A stretch of 64,000 bases of DNA from Terriglobia bacterium (GTDB lineage Bacteria; Acidobacteriota; Terriglobia; 2-12-FULL-54-10). Under the pieces are notes generated by a model, which was not told the DNA's origin, made no database searches, and worked only from the letters and a program-made list of their open reading frames with translations. The translations under genes were made by a program, and so were the position numbers. The stretch lies in the NCBI GenBank assembly GCA_963666975.2, contig CAXVYR010000004.1, positions 608,001-672,000 of the forward strand. The letters run 5' to 3'. Positions 31,611 to 40,553 of the stretch are shown here, piece by piece; within the stretch, counting starts at the first letter, position 1, and every line of letters begins with the position of its first letter.

Positions 31611-31824
31611 CAGCCCCAGAAGCGGAAGCGGCAGCAGTCAGTCTCATCGAAGCTGCTTCCGAGATCCGCAACAAAAGTGATCCACCAGAATTGGGGATAG
31701 TCGCCGCCAAAGGTTGCCCAGGTTATAGGCAATGCTGGTCAGCCCCAGAAGCGGAAGCGGCAGCAGTCAGTCTCATCGAAGCTGCTTCCGAGATGGCAAA
31801 AAGTGATCCACCAGAATTGGGGAT
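31570..31824. repeat. Tandem duplication, 2 units of 129 and 126 bp
   Basis: agtcgccgccaaaggttgcc...gaattggggat at 31570-31698 and 31699-31824, near identical. Confidence 0.92.
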
Positions 31825-32299
31825 AGGGAGTCCGATAGATGTTGTTCTACTTGGCGTACTCCCCGGACCGATCCGCCTCCGATGGAAGACGAAGTAGCTA
31901 GATCAAACCTGATGTTGGGGCGGTCGAACACCAGATGAGCCGATGCCAGTTGGCGAGTAGTCGGCATCTCGGAAAGTGAGCAGAAAACGTTCCCTTCCAG
32001 CACAGAAATCGACAGGAAAACAGAACGCTTACGCCTTCTCTCATTTGAGACCTTGCAGAAAACCCACGATGAGGGATTGGGCACACCAAAATAGGCGCAG
32101 ATATCCTTCCATAGCAGGCCCTCACCGGCCCCGTCTGATGCCTGCTAAAAGTTCTCTGCCGAAATTTTATGAACGAACGCCGAGAGGTGGATAGCCTCTT
32201 GGCCGGAAAAGCAGACGCTGGGCACACGCACGGAATCAGCATCTACTCAAGGACTGCTGGTGACCCGCCGCGCAAGCACCTCGTTCAGGGCGCTACAGG

Positions 32300-32661
32300 A
32301 ATCGAACAGTAGCAAAACTCCGGAAACGAAAAAAATTGATTTGTTGCGTGTTCTAGGTTTGCCATACGAGCCTCTGGCAGCTTCCAATCCGAAGCTGGAA
32401 AGATTCCTATACGGCCAAGACATCGTTGCCTGTTTCTCTTGCCCTTGCGATTTTGTCCTAGAGATTGTGCTCGGCGAAATTGAGGACAATCAGGTGGTCT
32501 CCGCACACAGATCCTTTGTAGGGCGCTATGGCTGCAAAGAAATCTATATTTCCGAGTACCGGGAGATTCTCGTCCCTCGGCAAAATGAGCGAGGCAACAT
32601 CCTGGGAGTGCAGGAGTTCCTCTGCCAGAGCTCCCTGTGGCCAGTCCTGAATGTTAGTCAA
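32300..32661 (-). pseudogene. Possible degraded SpoIIE/PP2C-type phosphatase fragment
   Basis: LPVLGNIDF...GSVCGDHLIVLNF weakly resembles the SpoIIE N-terminal GGD motif; interrupted by stops; boundaries approximate. Confidence 0.3.
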
Positions 32662-33815
32662 ACTGATTTTCCCATCCTCTCCATCCGTATGCCGAGCGTG
32701 TGCTCCAATCGACGCAATTCCGGTCGCTGGTCCGTTGTGAAGAGGGTCGAAGCCACACCGTGTTCTCCTGCACGACCGGTGCGCCCTATGCGATGGATGA
32801 AAGTCTCGGCGACCTCAGGCAGTTCGTAATTAATGACGTGGGCGATGTCCTGGACATGGATCCCGCGAGAAGCCAAGTCAGTAGCAACCAGGACTCGGTA
32901 GCGTCCTTGCTGGAAACCGGTCAACGCCGCGGTTCTCTGGGATTGCGAGCGGTCGCCATGGATCAAGGCAGCCGCAAACCCTTCCCGATTCAGATTTTTT
33001 GCCAGCCGCTCGGTGCCGCGCTTGGTCCGTGCGAATACGAGGCAGCGACCGGTCTCGCTGGCGATGAGCCGGCACAGTAATTTCTGCTTGCTATCGTGGG
33101 CGACTTCAAATGCCCGGACGCGCACATTCTCCGACGGCTTCAGCGTCGAACCGAACGCGAGACGCACGGGCTTTCTCATATAGTCATTCACGATGCGTGC
33201 CACGGAGGCCTCTAAGGTTGCAGAAAAACAAAGCGTCTGGCGGTCTTTCGGCAGGACGGAAAGTATCCGCCGAATCGCAGGAAGGAATCCCATGTCCAGC
33301 ATGCGATCCGCTTCGTCGAGCACCAGCATTCGCGCGCCGCGGAGGTGGATGAGTTTACGTTTGAGAAAATCTTCCAAGCGGCCCGGAGTGGCGACCACCA
33401 GGCGAGCGCCGGCGCGTATCGCCGCGAGTTGTTGTCTTTCGGACAACCCACCGATCACCAGGGCGCCCGGCAATAGTTTTTTGCCCCGCAAGGCGGTGTA
33501 CTGATCCATGACCTGCATGGCGAGTTCGCGGGTGGGAACGAGCACAAGCGCCGCGATGCCAGGCGCATTCTGCTGCAGCAGTTGTTGGATGATTGGAATG
33601 AGGAACGCTAGCGTCTTTCCCGTCCCGGTCTGAGCGGTAGCGAGCACATCCTTGCCTGCGAGCGCCTGGGGAATCGCCGCGGCCTGCACCGCAGTCGGCG
33701 TCGAAAACCCAGCCAAAGAAAGTTGTTCCCTCGTGTAAGGGAGAATCGGAAGATCGGAAAACTTCTGCACTGGTCTTGTCCTTTTACTGGCCTCGGCTTT
33801 CCTGCGTGCGCGCAC
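32658..33815 (-). CDS. DEAD-box RNA helicase (RhlE-like)
   Basis: AQTGTGKT, PTRELA, TPGR, DEAD, SAT, ASRGIH, HRIGRTGR. Confidence 0.95.
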   Translation of the reverse strand: MRARRKAEASKRTRPVQKFSDLPILPYTREQLSLAGFSTPTAVQAAAIPQALAGKDVLATAQTGTGKTLAFLIPIIQQLLQQNAPGIAALVLVPTRELAMQVMDQYTALRGKKLLPGALVIGGLSERQQLAAIRAGARLVVATPGRLEDFLKRKLIHLRGARMLVLDEADRMLDMGFLPAIRRILSVLPKDRQTLCFSATLEASVARIVNDYMRKPVRLAFGSTLKPSENVRVRAFEVAHDSKQKLLCRLIASETGRCLVFARTKRGTERLAKNLNREGFAAALIHGDRSQSQRTAALTGFQQGRYRVLVATDLASRGIHVQDIAHVINYELPEVAETFIHRIGRTGRAGEHGVASTLFTTDQRPELRRLEHTLGIRMERMGKSV

Positions 33816-33994
33816 GATAGCGGAGCGAGCACAACCATGTGCTTTGCCAGTGTTGTTAAATTACGCTGAATGCAAACGGAGAGGAAAAAACGGAATTTCT
33901 CAGGCTGGGTACTTCACCGGAGCAACCGCACGACACACCGCGGAATAAAGCGCAAACTCAGTTTACCACATCTGCGTTCCGTGAAGCGTATTTG

Positions 33995-34339
33995 CTACCA
34001 GCGCGGTTCGCGCGGCTGGCGCGCGGACCCGCTGTAATCATCACGGGAGAATCCCTCGCGACCTCCGTCATCGCGGCGCGGGGCACTGCGCTCCGGCTTG
34101 GGTCGGGCCTCGTTCACGTTCAAGGCTCGCCCTCCCACCTCTTTCCCATTCAACGCTGCGATGGCCTTGGTCGCTTCCTCGTCATTGGGCATTTCCACAA
34201 AGGCAAAACCGCGCGCCCGGCCTGTATCCCGGTCTGTGATAATCCGAAGTCGCGTGATCTGGCCAAGAGGTTCAAACATCGACCTCAGTTGATCCTCAGT
34301 GGTTTGAAAACTCATGTTGCCAACAAACAGATTCTTCAT
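33995..34339 (-). CDS. RRM-domain RNA-binding protein
   Basis: RNP2 LFVGNM, RNP1 RGFAFVEM, Arg/Gly-rich tail; GGAG RBS before ATG 34339. Confidence 0.93.
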   Translation of the reverse strand: MKNLFVGNMSFQTTEDQLRSMFEPLGQITRLRIITDRDTGRARGFAFVEMPNDEEATKAIAALNGKEVGGRALNVNEARPKPERSAPRRDDGGREGFSRDDYSGSARQPREPRW

Positions 34340-34714
34340 TTTCTCGTATCTCCTTTCAAGCCCGTGCGTTGCTTTTGGCCCAATATAACGAGGAGTTGCC
34401 CGAAGCTTTCTTCGTTCAAAGGCTTTTGCAACAGTTCGTCGAGCCTCTGGTCTTGTACGGCGTTCATATGGTCTCTTTCTGGAGTTTTGAAAACTTGTAT
34501 TGCCGACAAACGCATTGTTCATCTTCATTTCCCTGGAGTTGCCGCACCCTGCTACGGAGCCGTCTGGCTGCCGACCATCAACGAGCTGTTTTCGGCGCGG
34601 GCATTTCGAACTTGCCGAGCCAATCGTGTGGGGTGCTTTCACAACAAGCCGAGTATTCAAATCCCCCCAAGGACATCCGCGCAGCGATCGGGAATGCCCG
34701 GAAGGAAACGGTGG

Positions 34715-35050
34715 TTACCCACGGTGTATCACGCCAGCCTTCGTTGGCGGGGTCCATTTTCGCTCTTTGGGCGGATAGTGCCTTTCCAAGTATTGCAGAA
34801 TATCCGGATCGCCAATCCTCATGTGGGCTTCAGCGTGCGATGCCTCAGTTTCCCTGCCCAGTTCCTGCTCTAACCGCTCAAGGGTGATGAGTGGTCCATC
34901 CTGGAATTTCAAGGGGGTCGCTTGAAAAGACTCCAATGGAACCTCGACGCTGAATTTGCGAGACTCTCCGGGCGCGTCGATCACCTGGAAGTTATAAGTA
35001 CGCAAAGTAGTCGATACGGTGAAACCTTCGGACTGTATTAGGGTTTTCAT
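34715..35050 (-). CDS. Hypothetical protein
   Basis: AAGGA RBS, 111-aa ORF co-oriented with the RRM and helicase genes. Confidence 0.6.
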   Translation of the reverse strand: MKTLIQSEGFTVSTTLRTYNFQVIDAPGESRKFSVEVPLESFQATPLKFQDGPLITLERLEQELGRETEASHAEAHMRIGDPDILQYLERHYPPKERKWTPPTKAGVIHRG

Positions 35051-35102
35051 GCTGCGTCCTTTCTCGGCCCTTTGAGCGTTGATTATTCGGATCCTCCATT
35101 AG

Positions 35103-36253
35103 CAGTTTGTTGAAAAATTCACCTTCCGAGATACTTTTCTGGGATAAGAAGCGTCGATCAGATGAACACGCCTCGAATCACAGGAGGCCCCCTGCGCGGA
35201 GAAGACTCGAAACAGGAAGCGATGTTCCGCTACGTGTCGCCGGAACAGCGAGTGCCGAGAGATCATCCCCTGCGACCGATCCGGGAGATGGTGGACACGA
35301 TCTGGCAACAGATGTCGCCGCGGTTTGCCCGGCTGTATGCCCAGCGGGGGCGGCCTTCGATCGCTCCCGAGAGGTTGCTGCGCGTCTTGCTGTTGCAGAT
35401 CTTCTACTCGCTGCGCAGCGAACGCCTGCTGATGGAGCCATTGCACTACAACCTGCTGTTCCGCTGGTTCGTGGGCATGGAGAGGGACGAGCAGGTATGG
35501 AACCACGCGGTGTTCAGCAAGAACCGGGAACGGCTGCTGAACGAGCAGATTGCCCAGGCCTTCTTCCAGCGGGTGCTGCGGCAAGCCCAACCGTATCTGT
35601 CGGACGAACACTTCACGGTGGACGGGACGCTGCTCGAGGCGTGGGCCAGCCAGAAGAGTTTCCGGCGCAAGGACGAGGGAGAACGGCCTCAGGGCACGCC
35701 TCGCGAAGCAGATTTTCATGGCGAGCAGCGGAGCAATCAAACGCATCCATCCACCACCGACCCCGAGGCCCGGCTGAGCTACCTGGGACACGTGCTGATG
35801 GAGAACCGCAACGGGCTGCTGGTGCAGACGATGCTGACGCAGGCCGATGGGACAGCGGAACGGGATGCAGCCTTGCTGATGGCGTCGAAGATTCCTGGAA
35901 CCCGGCGCCTCACCCTGGGAGCGGACAACAACTATGACACGCGCGAGTTCGTCGGCACGGCGCGGGAGAGGAAGATCATTGGCCTGCTGAGGAAAGTGAA
36001 GTGGCGAGGCCGGGAGAAAGTGGGTTGGTGGTTCACCTTCGTCGGGGCGGCCTACAACTTGGTTCGGTTGCGACGACTGCGGGCGGAGGCGGTGGCATGA
36101 CCGCCCAGCTGCAAAGGCGCTCCGAAAGTCCCCAGCGGGACCTAGGGTAGACCTCTGATCTCTGGCCGGAAACCCCTTTACCCTTGTTTTAACTCGATCC
36201 GAAACGAAAATAGAAACGGAAATCATCACAAACTCGGATTTTTCAACAAACTG
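35103..36253 (+). mobile_element. IS5-family element; transposase 35162-36100 probably internally deleted
   Basis: TIRs CAGTTTGTTGAAAA / TTTTCAACAAACTG flanked by TTAG/CTAG; GRPSIAPERLLR, TVDGT, GADNNYD, AAYNLVR. Confidence 0.88.
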
Positions 36254-36476
36254 CTAGTCGCACAGTGCCTGCATCACGGCAGACCGGCAAAGTAACTGAG
36301 AAATACCTCGGATGCAAGCAGCGCCTTAACGGAGCAATCAACGACCACATCGGACATCGAGCTGCCATAGGAATGAGTTTACTTTTCTACTACTTCTGGC
36401 CGGTCTCCGGTCAATCCGGCAAGCTTTTTGTTTCCTGGGCCTTCCATAAAATTTACACAGGATAATTTTGGCAGGC

Positions 36477-36650
36477 TCAGTCGGGCCCCCGATTACCTGC
36501 CAACGTTTCCGCTCCATCCCGCGACGAACGCTCGGTCTGGTCAAGGGTATGGGGACGGTTGAATGTAATGCGCGCAACGCTATCGATTTCTTGATACAGA
36601 AAGCAGTTATGTTGTTTTGTGTCCTGTTGCATCTTTTTCTTCCTCATCGG
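36477..36650 (-). pseudogene. Enoyl-CoA hydratase N-terminal fragment
   Basis: FLYQEIDSVARITFNRP crotonase start, then loss of similarity. Confidence 0.55.
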
Positions 36651-36754
36651 TAAACGGCCAACCGTTGGGCGGCGATCCGCCCTCCACGGCAACCGAGCAG
36701 CCCTCCGCCGGTCACGATAATTCCACAGGTCGGAGCATTTCTGGCGAGTTTCCT

Positions 36755-37531
36755 TCAGGACATCACCTGCCCACCGGAAACGTCAATGGCCTGACCTGTG
36801 ATCCCCCGCGCCTGCTCGCAGGCCAGCCACACAACCGTAAATGCGATCTCTCCCGGTTCAAGGATACGCTTCTGGGGACTGTCGCCGGCCAAATATTCCC
36901 GGGCCTTTTCGGCGGTGACTTTCGTCTTGGCGCTGATGGTCGAAACAGCCTTCTCCACTATATCGGTCTCGACCCACCCGGGACACACGGCGTTGACCGT
37001 AATGCCGGAGGTTGCCGTCTCCAGAGCCATGGAGCGCGTCAAGCCCAGCACTCCGTGTTTGGCCGCTGCATACGCCCCGGCGTAGCGGAACCCCATCTGG
37101 GCGGCGGTCGATGCGATGTTGATGATTCTCCCGGATTTCTGCGGCAGAATCCATTGCAGCGCCTGCTGGGAACACAGGAAAGTGCCGGTTAGGTTGACGG
37201 CGAGTATCCGCTCCCAGGTTTCGAGACTCACGCGGGCGAGCAGATCGCTGTGGCTCTGTCCGGCGTTGTTGACCAGTATGTCCAGCCGCTCCCAGCTCTG
37301 CCGCGTCTTAGTAAATAGTCCCTTGACCGAGTCAGGGTCGGTGACGTCGCAGCAAACGGCCAGAGACTCCCGCCCGGTCGCCCGGATTTTTCCGGCGACC
37401 CTTTCCAGGTGGGCGGCGGTCCTCCCTGCAACAGCCACGGAGCAGCCCTCCGCAGCGAGCGCTAAGGCAATGGCCTCTCCTATTCCTCTCCCCCCGCCGG
37501 TTACGATAGCGGTCTTCCCTTGGAGCCGCAT
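36755..37531 (-). CDS. Short-chain dehydrogenase/reductase
   Basis: TGGGRGIG, NNAG, YAAAK, CPGWVET; start at MRLQGK after GGAGG. Confidence 0.92.
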   Translation of the reverse strand: MRLQGKTAIVTGGGRGIGEAIALALAAEGCSVAVAGRTAAHLERVAGKIRATGRESLAVCCDVTDPDSVKGLFTKTRQSWERLDILVNNAGQSHSDLLARVSLETWERILAVNLTGTFLCSQQALQWILPQKSGRIINIASTAAQMGFRYAGAYAAAKHGVLGLTRSMALETATSGITVNAVCPGWVETDIVEKAVSTISAKTKVTAEKAREYLAGDSPQKRILEPGEIAFTVVWLACEQARGITGQAIDVSGGQVMS

Positions 37532-37590
37532 CTGTACCTCCTTGACCTTGCCTTCACCTCGGATTCGATGGCTGCCGGCAGGGCCATCGT

Positions 37591-37860
37591 TCATTCGTTG
37601 TAGATCTGCACCTTGGTCATGCACATGGCGAATGTCGTCCCGGCGGCCAACTTCCGGGCCCAGGCGAGCGATTCCTGCCGAACTCCGTTGCCTTGACGAC
37701 ACGGTTGACCAGGACGATCTGCTCGGCGCGCTCCGCCCGGAACGGCTCTCCCGGATAGAGCAACTCCACGGCTCGTGAGGCTCCCACGATGTGCGGCAAC
37801 AAGTAGGCGACGCACATATCCGCTCCGGTCAATCCGGCCTTAGTTGAACAGGAAAGCAAT
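37591..37860 (-). pseudogene. Enoyl-CoA hydratase internal fragment, frameshifted
   Basis: KAGLTGADM..AYLLPHIVGASRAVELLY.G...AE. Confidence 0.6.
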
Positions 37861-38381
37861 CTCGCTGCCCTCTGCAACGATAAGGATGGGCATCGAAAAT
37901 GATCGAAGCCAACAAGGACCACGCAGGAGAGACGAGACATCTGCAACGAAACGGTCCGCCTGAACGCACACAGGAATATAGCTTAATCCTCGTTTTTGGT
38001 CGAGTCGTAATGTAATTTTTAACGGTTTTGTTTGTTACCTCCCTTCAGCGCCCATCCCACCTTCGGGACAACCTGCCGAGTAGGAGGAGCAATCGGCTAC
38101 TAGCAGATTAGGTATCTCAGCAGGAGTGAGGTTTCCTCGGCAGCAGTTCTCAACGGGCATACTGGTTGAGGCGGCTATCCAACAGATTGGGTCAGATTCG
38201 TTTGGTTCGCAGAGGAAACAATTTGGGCAGCTTTTGTAATGGCGCGAATTTAAACATCTCGGGTGAAATTGCCTCATGGCGGCGACGGCGCCTTTCACCA
38301 TGCGAAAGGGAACCTGAGGGGTCCCGCTACGATCGTAAACTCAAGGTCGGGAGAAAATCCAGAGATAGAGGAGCGCATAGA

Positions 38382-38630
38382 ATGCACAATAAGCTGGAGT
38401 TCATTGATCCGCCGGAATTGGGTAAGCATCCCGGCTACAGTAATGGAATCAAGACAAAATCGGCCAGTCTGCTCTTCGTAGCTGGTCAAGTGGCTTGGGA
38501 TGAAGCCAACAAGATTGTCAGTTCCGAGTTTGTTGGGCAATTTGACCAGGCGTTGTCCAACGTACTTACGGTGGTACAGCAGGCGGGTGGCAAGCCGGAG
38601 GACATTGTCCGCTTGACGATTTATGTGCTG
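38382..38630 (+). pseudogene. RidA/YjgF-family protein, 3' truncated
   Basis: PGYSNGI, LFVAGQVAW, QALSNVLTVV.QAGG..EDIVRLTIYV, then runs into the convergent monooxygenase fragment. Confidence 0.75.
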
Positions 38631-39247
38631 GCCTGCTCGCATTCCACGATACAGGTGCCGGTGTGGCTGTCGAATGGATAGCAGTGCGCCTGGAACAATC
38701 CGTGCTCGTTCTCACAAAACAGGAACGTAAAGGCGTCAAACACCTTATCGGTTCCGAGCCAGATGAACTTGGCGTTTTCTACCGTCACACTCGGCTGGAA
38801 GATGGACTCGTAGGTCTTCCGCACAATGCTGTTGACACCATCGGCGGCGATGATCAGATCATAGTCGCAGAATTCCGACAGGTCGCTCACCTCAACCCCA
38901 AACTTCATCCGGACGCCCGCTTCGCGGCAGTGCTTCTGCAAGATGTTGAGCAGCAGTTTCCGCGAGATGCCGGCGAAGACGTGGCCTCCAGAACGGATGG
39001 TGTGATCGTGGTATTGCACGTCAATGGCATCCCACCTGACGAAGTGTTTCATGATGTCCTGGTAGGTCTCCGAATCAACCTCCTGGAAAGTAGCCAGCGT
39101 CCGTTCGGAAAAAACCACTCCCCAGCCGTAGGTCGCATCGGGCGGATTGCGCTCCAGGAGTGTGATATCGTGGGTTGGGTCCGCCTTCTTCAGCAGAAAT
39201 CCGCTGTATAATCCTCCCGGTCCTCCCCCGATGATGAGAATCTTCAC
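38621..39247 (-). pseudogene. N-terminal fragment of a salicyloyl-/anthraniloyl-CoA monooxygenase-like FAD enzyme
   Basis: IGGGPGGLY, ERNPPDATYGWGVVFS, ADGVNS, FIWLGT, AHCYPFD..TCIVEC; truncated at 208 aa. Confidence 0.75.
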
Positions 39248-39292
39248 GGCATGCGTCTCCCAAACTCTCCAGATGCGTGATGCGTATTCCCC

Positions 39293-39870
39293 CTAGCCAA
39301 CGGCCTCGGCTAGGCGGGCGAGTTGAGTGATGTTGCCCACAGTGGGGAACAAAAGCAGTTCGTCGCAACCTGCTTCTTGATAGCCTTGGATGAACTCGGC
39401 AACGGCTTGCGGGGTAGTGAGCAGGCTGGCGGTGATTCTATCGGCGAACGGTCCTGCGAAAAAATAGTAGTCCTTCATGTAACGGATACCTGCCTCCACC
39501 GCATCTTCGCCGAGCGCATAGTAACCCATTCCCCACAGTAGCAGCTTATCCGGGCGTCCCGCATCGAACCAGGCGGCTCGAGCTTTTTCAGCGGCGCGGG
39601 CGAAAACCCGTGGTGGTCCGCCCCCGTGCAGGTAGCCATTCGCGTAGCGGGCCATGCGGGCAAAAACCGGCTCGCTCGTCCCGCCTACCAGCAGTTCCGG
39701 GCCGCCGGGACGGGCCGGCTTGGGCCCCAAGGTATCCTCCTCCCAGTACGAGCGCAGGGCGCCCAGTTGCTCCGACAGCCGCCTGCCCCGAGATCGGTAC
39801 TCGACTCCCGCCACCTTGTAGTCGGCCTCCCGAGCCCCCACGGCCATGCCCAAGACCAGCCGGATAGTTA
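39293..39870 (-). pseudogene. LLM-class flavin-dependent oxidoreductase, 5' truncated
   Basis: RLVLGMAVGAREADY, GPKP..PGGPELLVGG, AGCDELLL; similarity starts at a MITE end at 39871. Confidence 0.7.
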
Positions 39871-39900
39871 GGTGCTTCCGCCATCCAGTGTTGTTAGGCT
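39871..39900. mobile_element. Terminal repeat of the GGTGCTTCCGCAATC MITE family
   Basis: ggtgcttccgccatccagtgttgttag matches the reverse complement of the right end of 50254-50419. Confidence 0.6.
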
Positions 39901-40411
39901 GCGAGAGACATTCGCTTATTGCTGGCAGCAACTGAGATTGTGGAGGAAACGAACACCAATATGAACTTTTCCCAACAGCGGGAATTCCTTTTTCGATACC
40001 TCTCCAATCATCGTAAGACCCCTTTTGGCATGTACTCAGCATGCTTAATTGTTGGAGGTTGTGCGTTTTCGCCGTTGCCGGATCGAAAGGAAATCATTTC
40101 TGCGCGGCCACCACTGGAGCCCAAGTCAAGACACTGCTCAGCCACTACCGAGGGCTAGGCCTGGCGGAACAAACTGAAGAGAATTTAATTGAGGTCCGCG
40201 AATTCTGCTATTCGCTCTCTTTTGTTCCTGGTGGGCCGCAACAGCAATGCAAGAACTCCCCCAAGCCTGATATTCCCAATTATCACTATATTACCACTCG
40301 GCGATCCGTGACTATTTTCCGAGTTTGTTACCAACGTGTTTAGGGATTATGGTGGAATTACTTCTCGGATGGACTCCCTGAAAAAATGAGGGAAGCCCAC
40401 CAGAATAAAGC

Positions 40412-40439
40412 TTGACAACCAGATTAGGAAAAGCATAGT
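40412..40439 (+). promoter_or_regulatory. Putative sigma70 promoter of the TonB receptor-amidohydrolase cluster
   Basis: TTGACA-N16-CATAGT about 115 bp upstream of the ATG. Confidence 0.45.
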
Positions 40440-40553
40440 GTTAACCACATATTGTGGACGTTTTACAAGATAATTCAAACTGCATCGTTCCTGAAGGCAA
40501 GGGAGAAAGCACTTGTCAGCCGAGCGATCCGTAACCGCAAACAGGAGGAAGTT

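Noticed and set aside
31295-31897. 200-aa ORF with an internal ~43-aa repeat; possible CRISPR-like array
   Set aside because: Produced by the in-frame tandem duplication over an IS remnant; only two units, no unique spacers, no cas genes in the window.
32260-32829. 189-aa plus-strand ORF
   Set aside because: Overlaps the helicase antisense, has no RBS or motifs; the region looks like decayed minus-strand sequence.
39871-40042. N-terminus of the 249-aa LLM ORF
   Set aside because: Read-through into a MITE end and non-coding DNA, not LLM-like.
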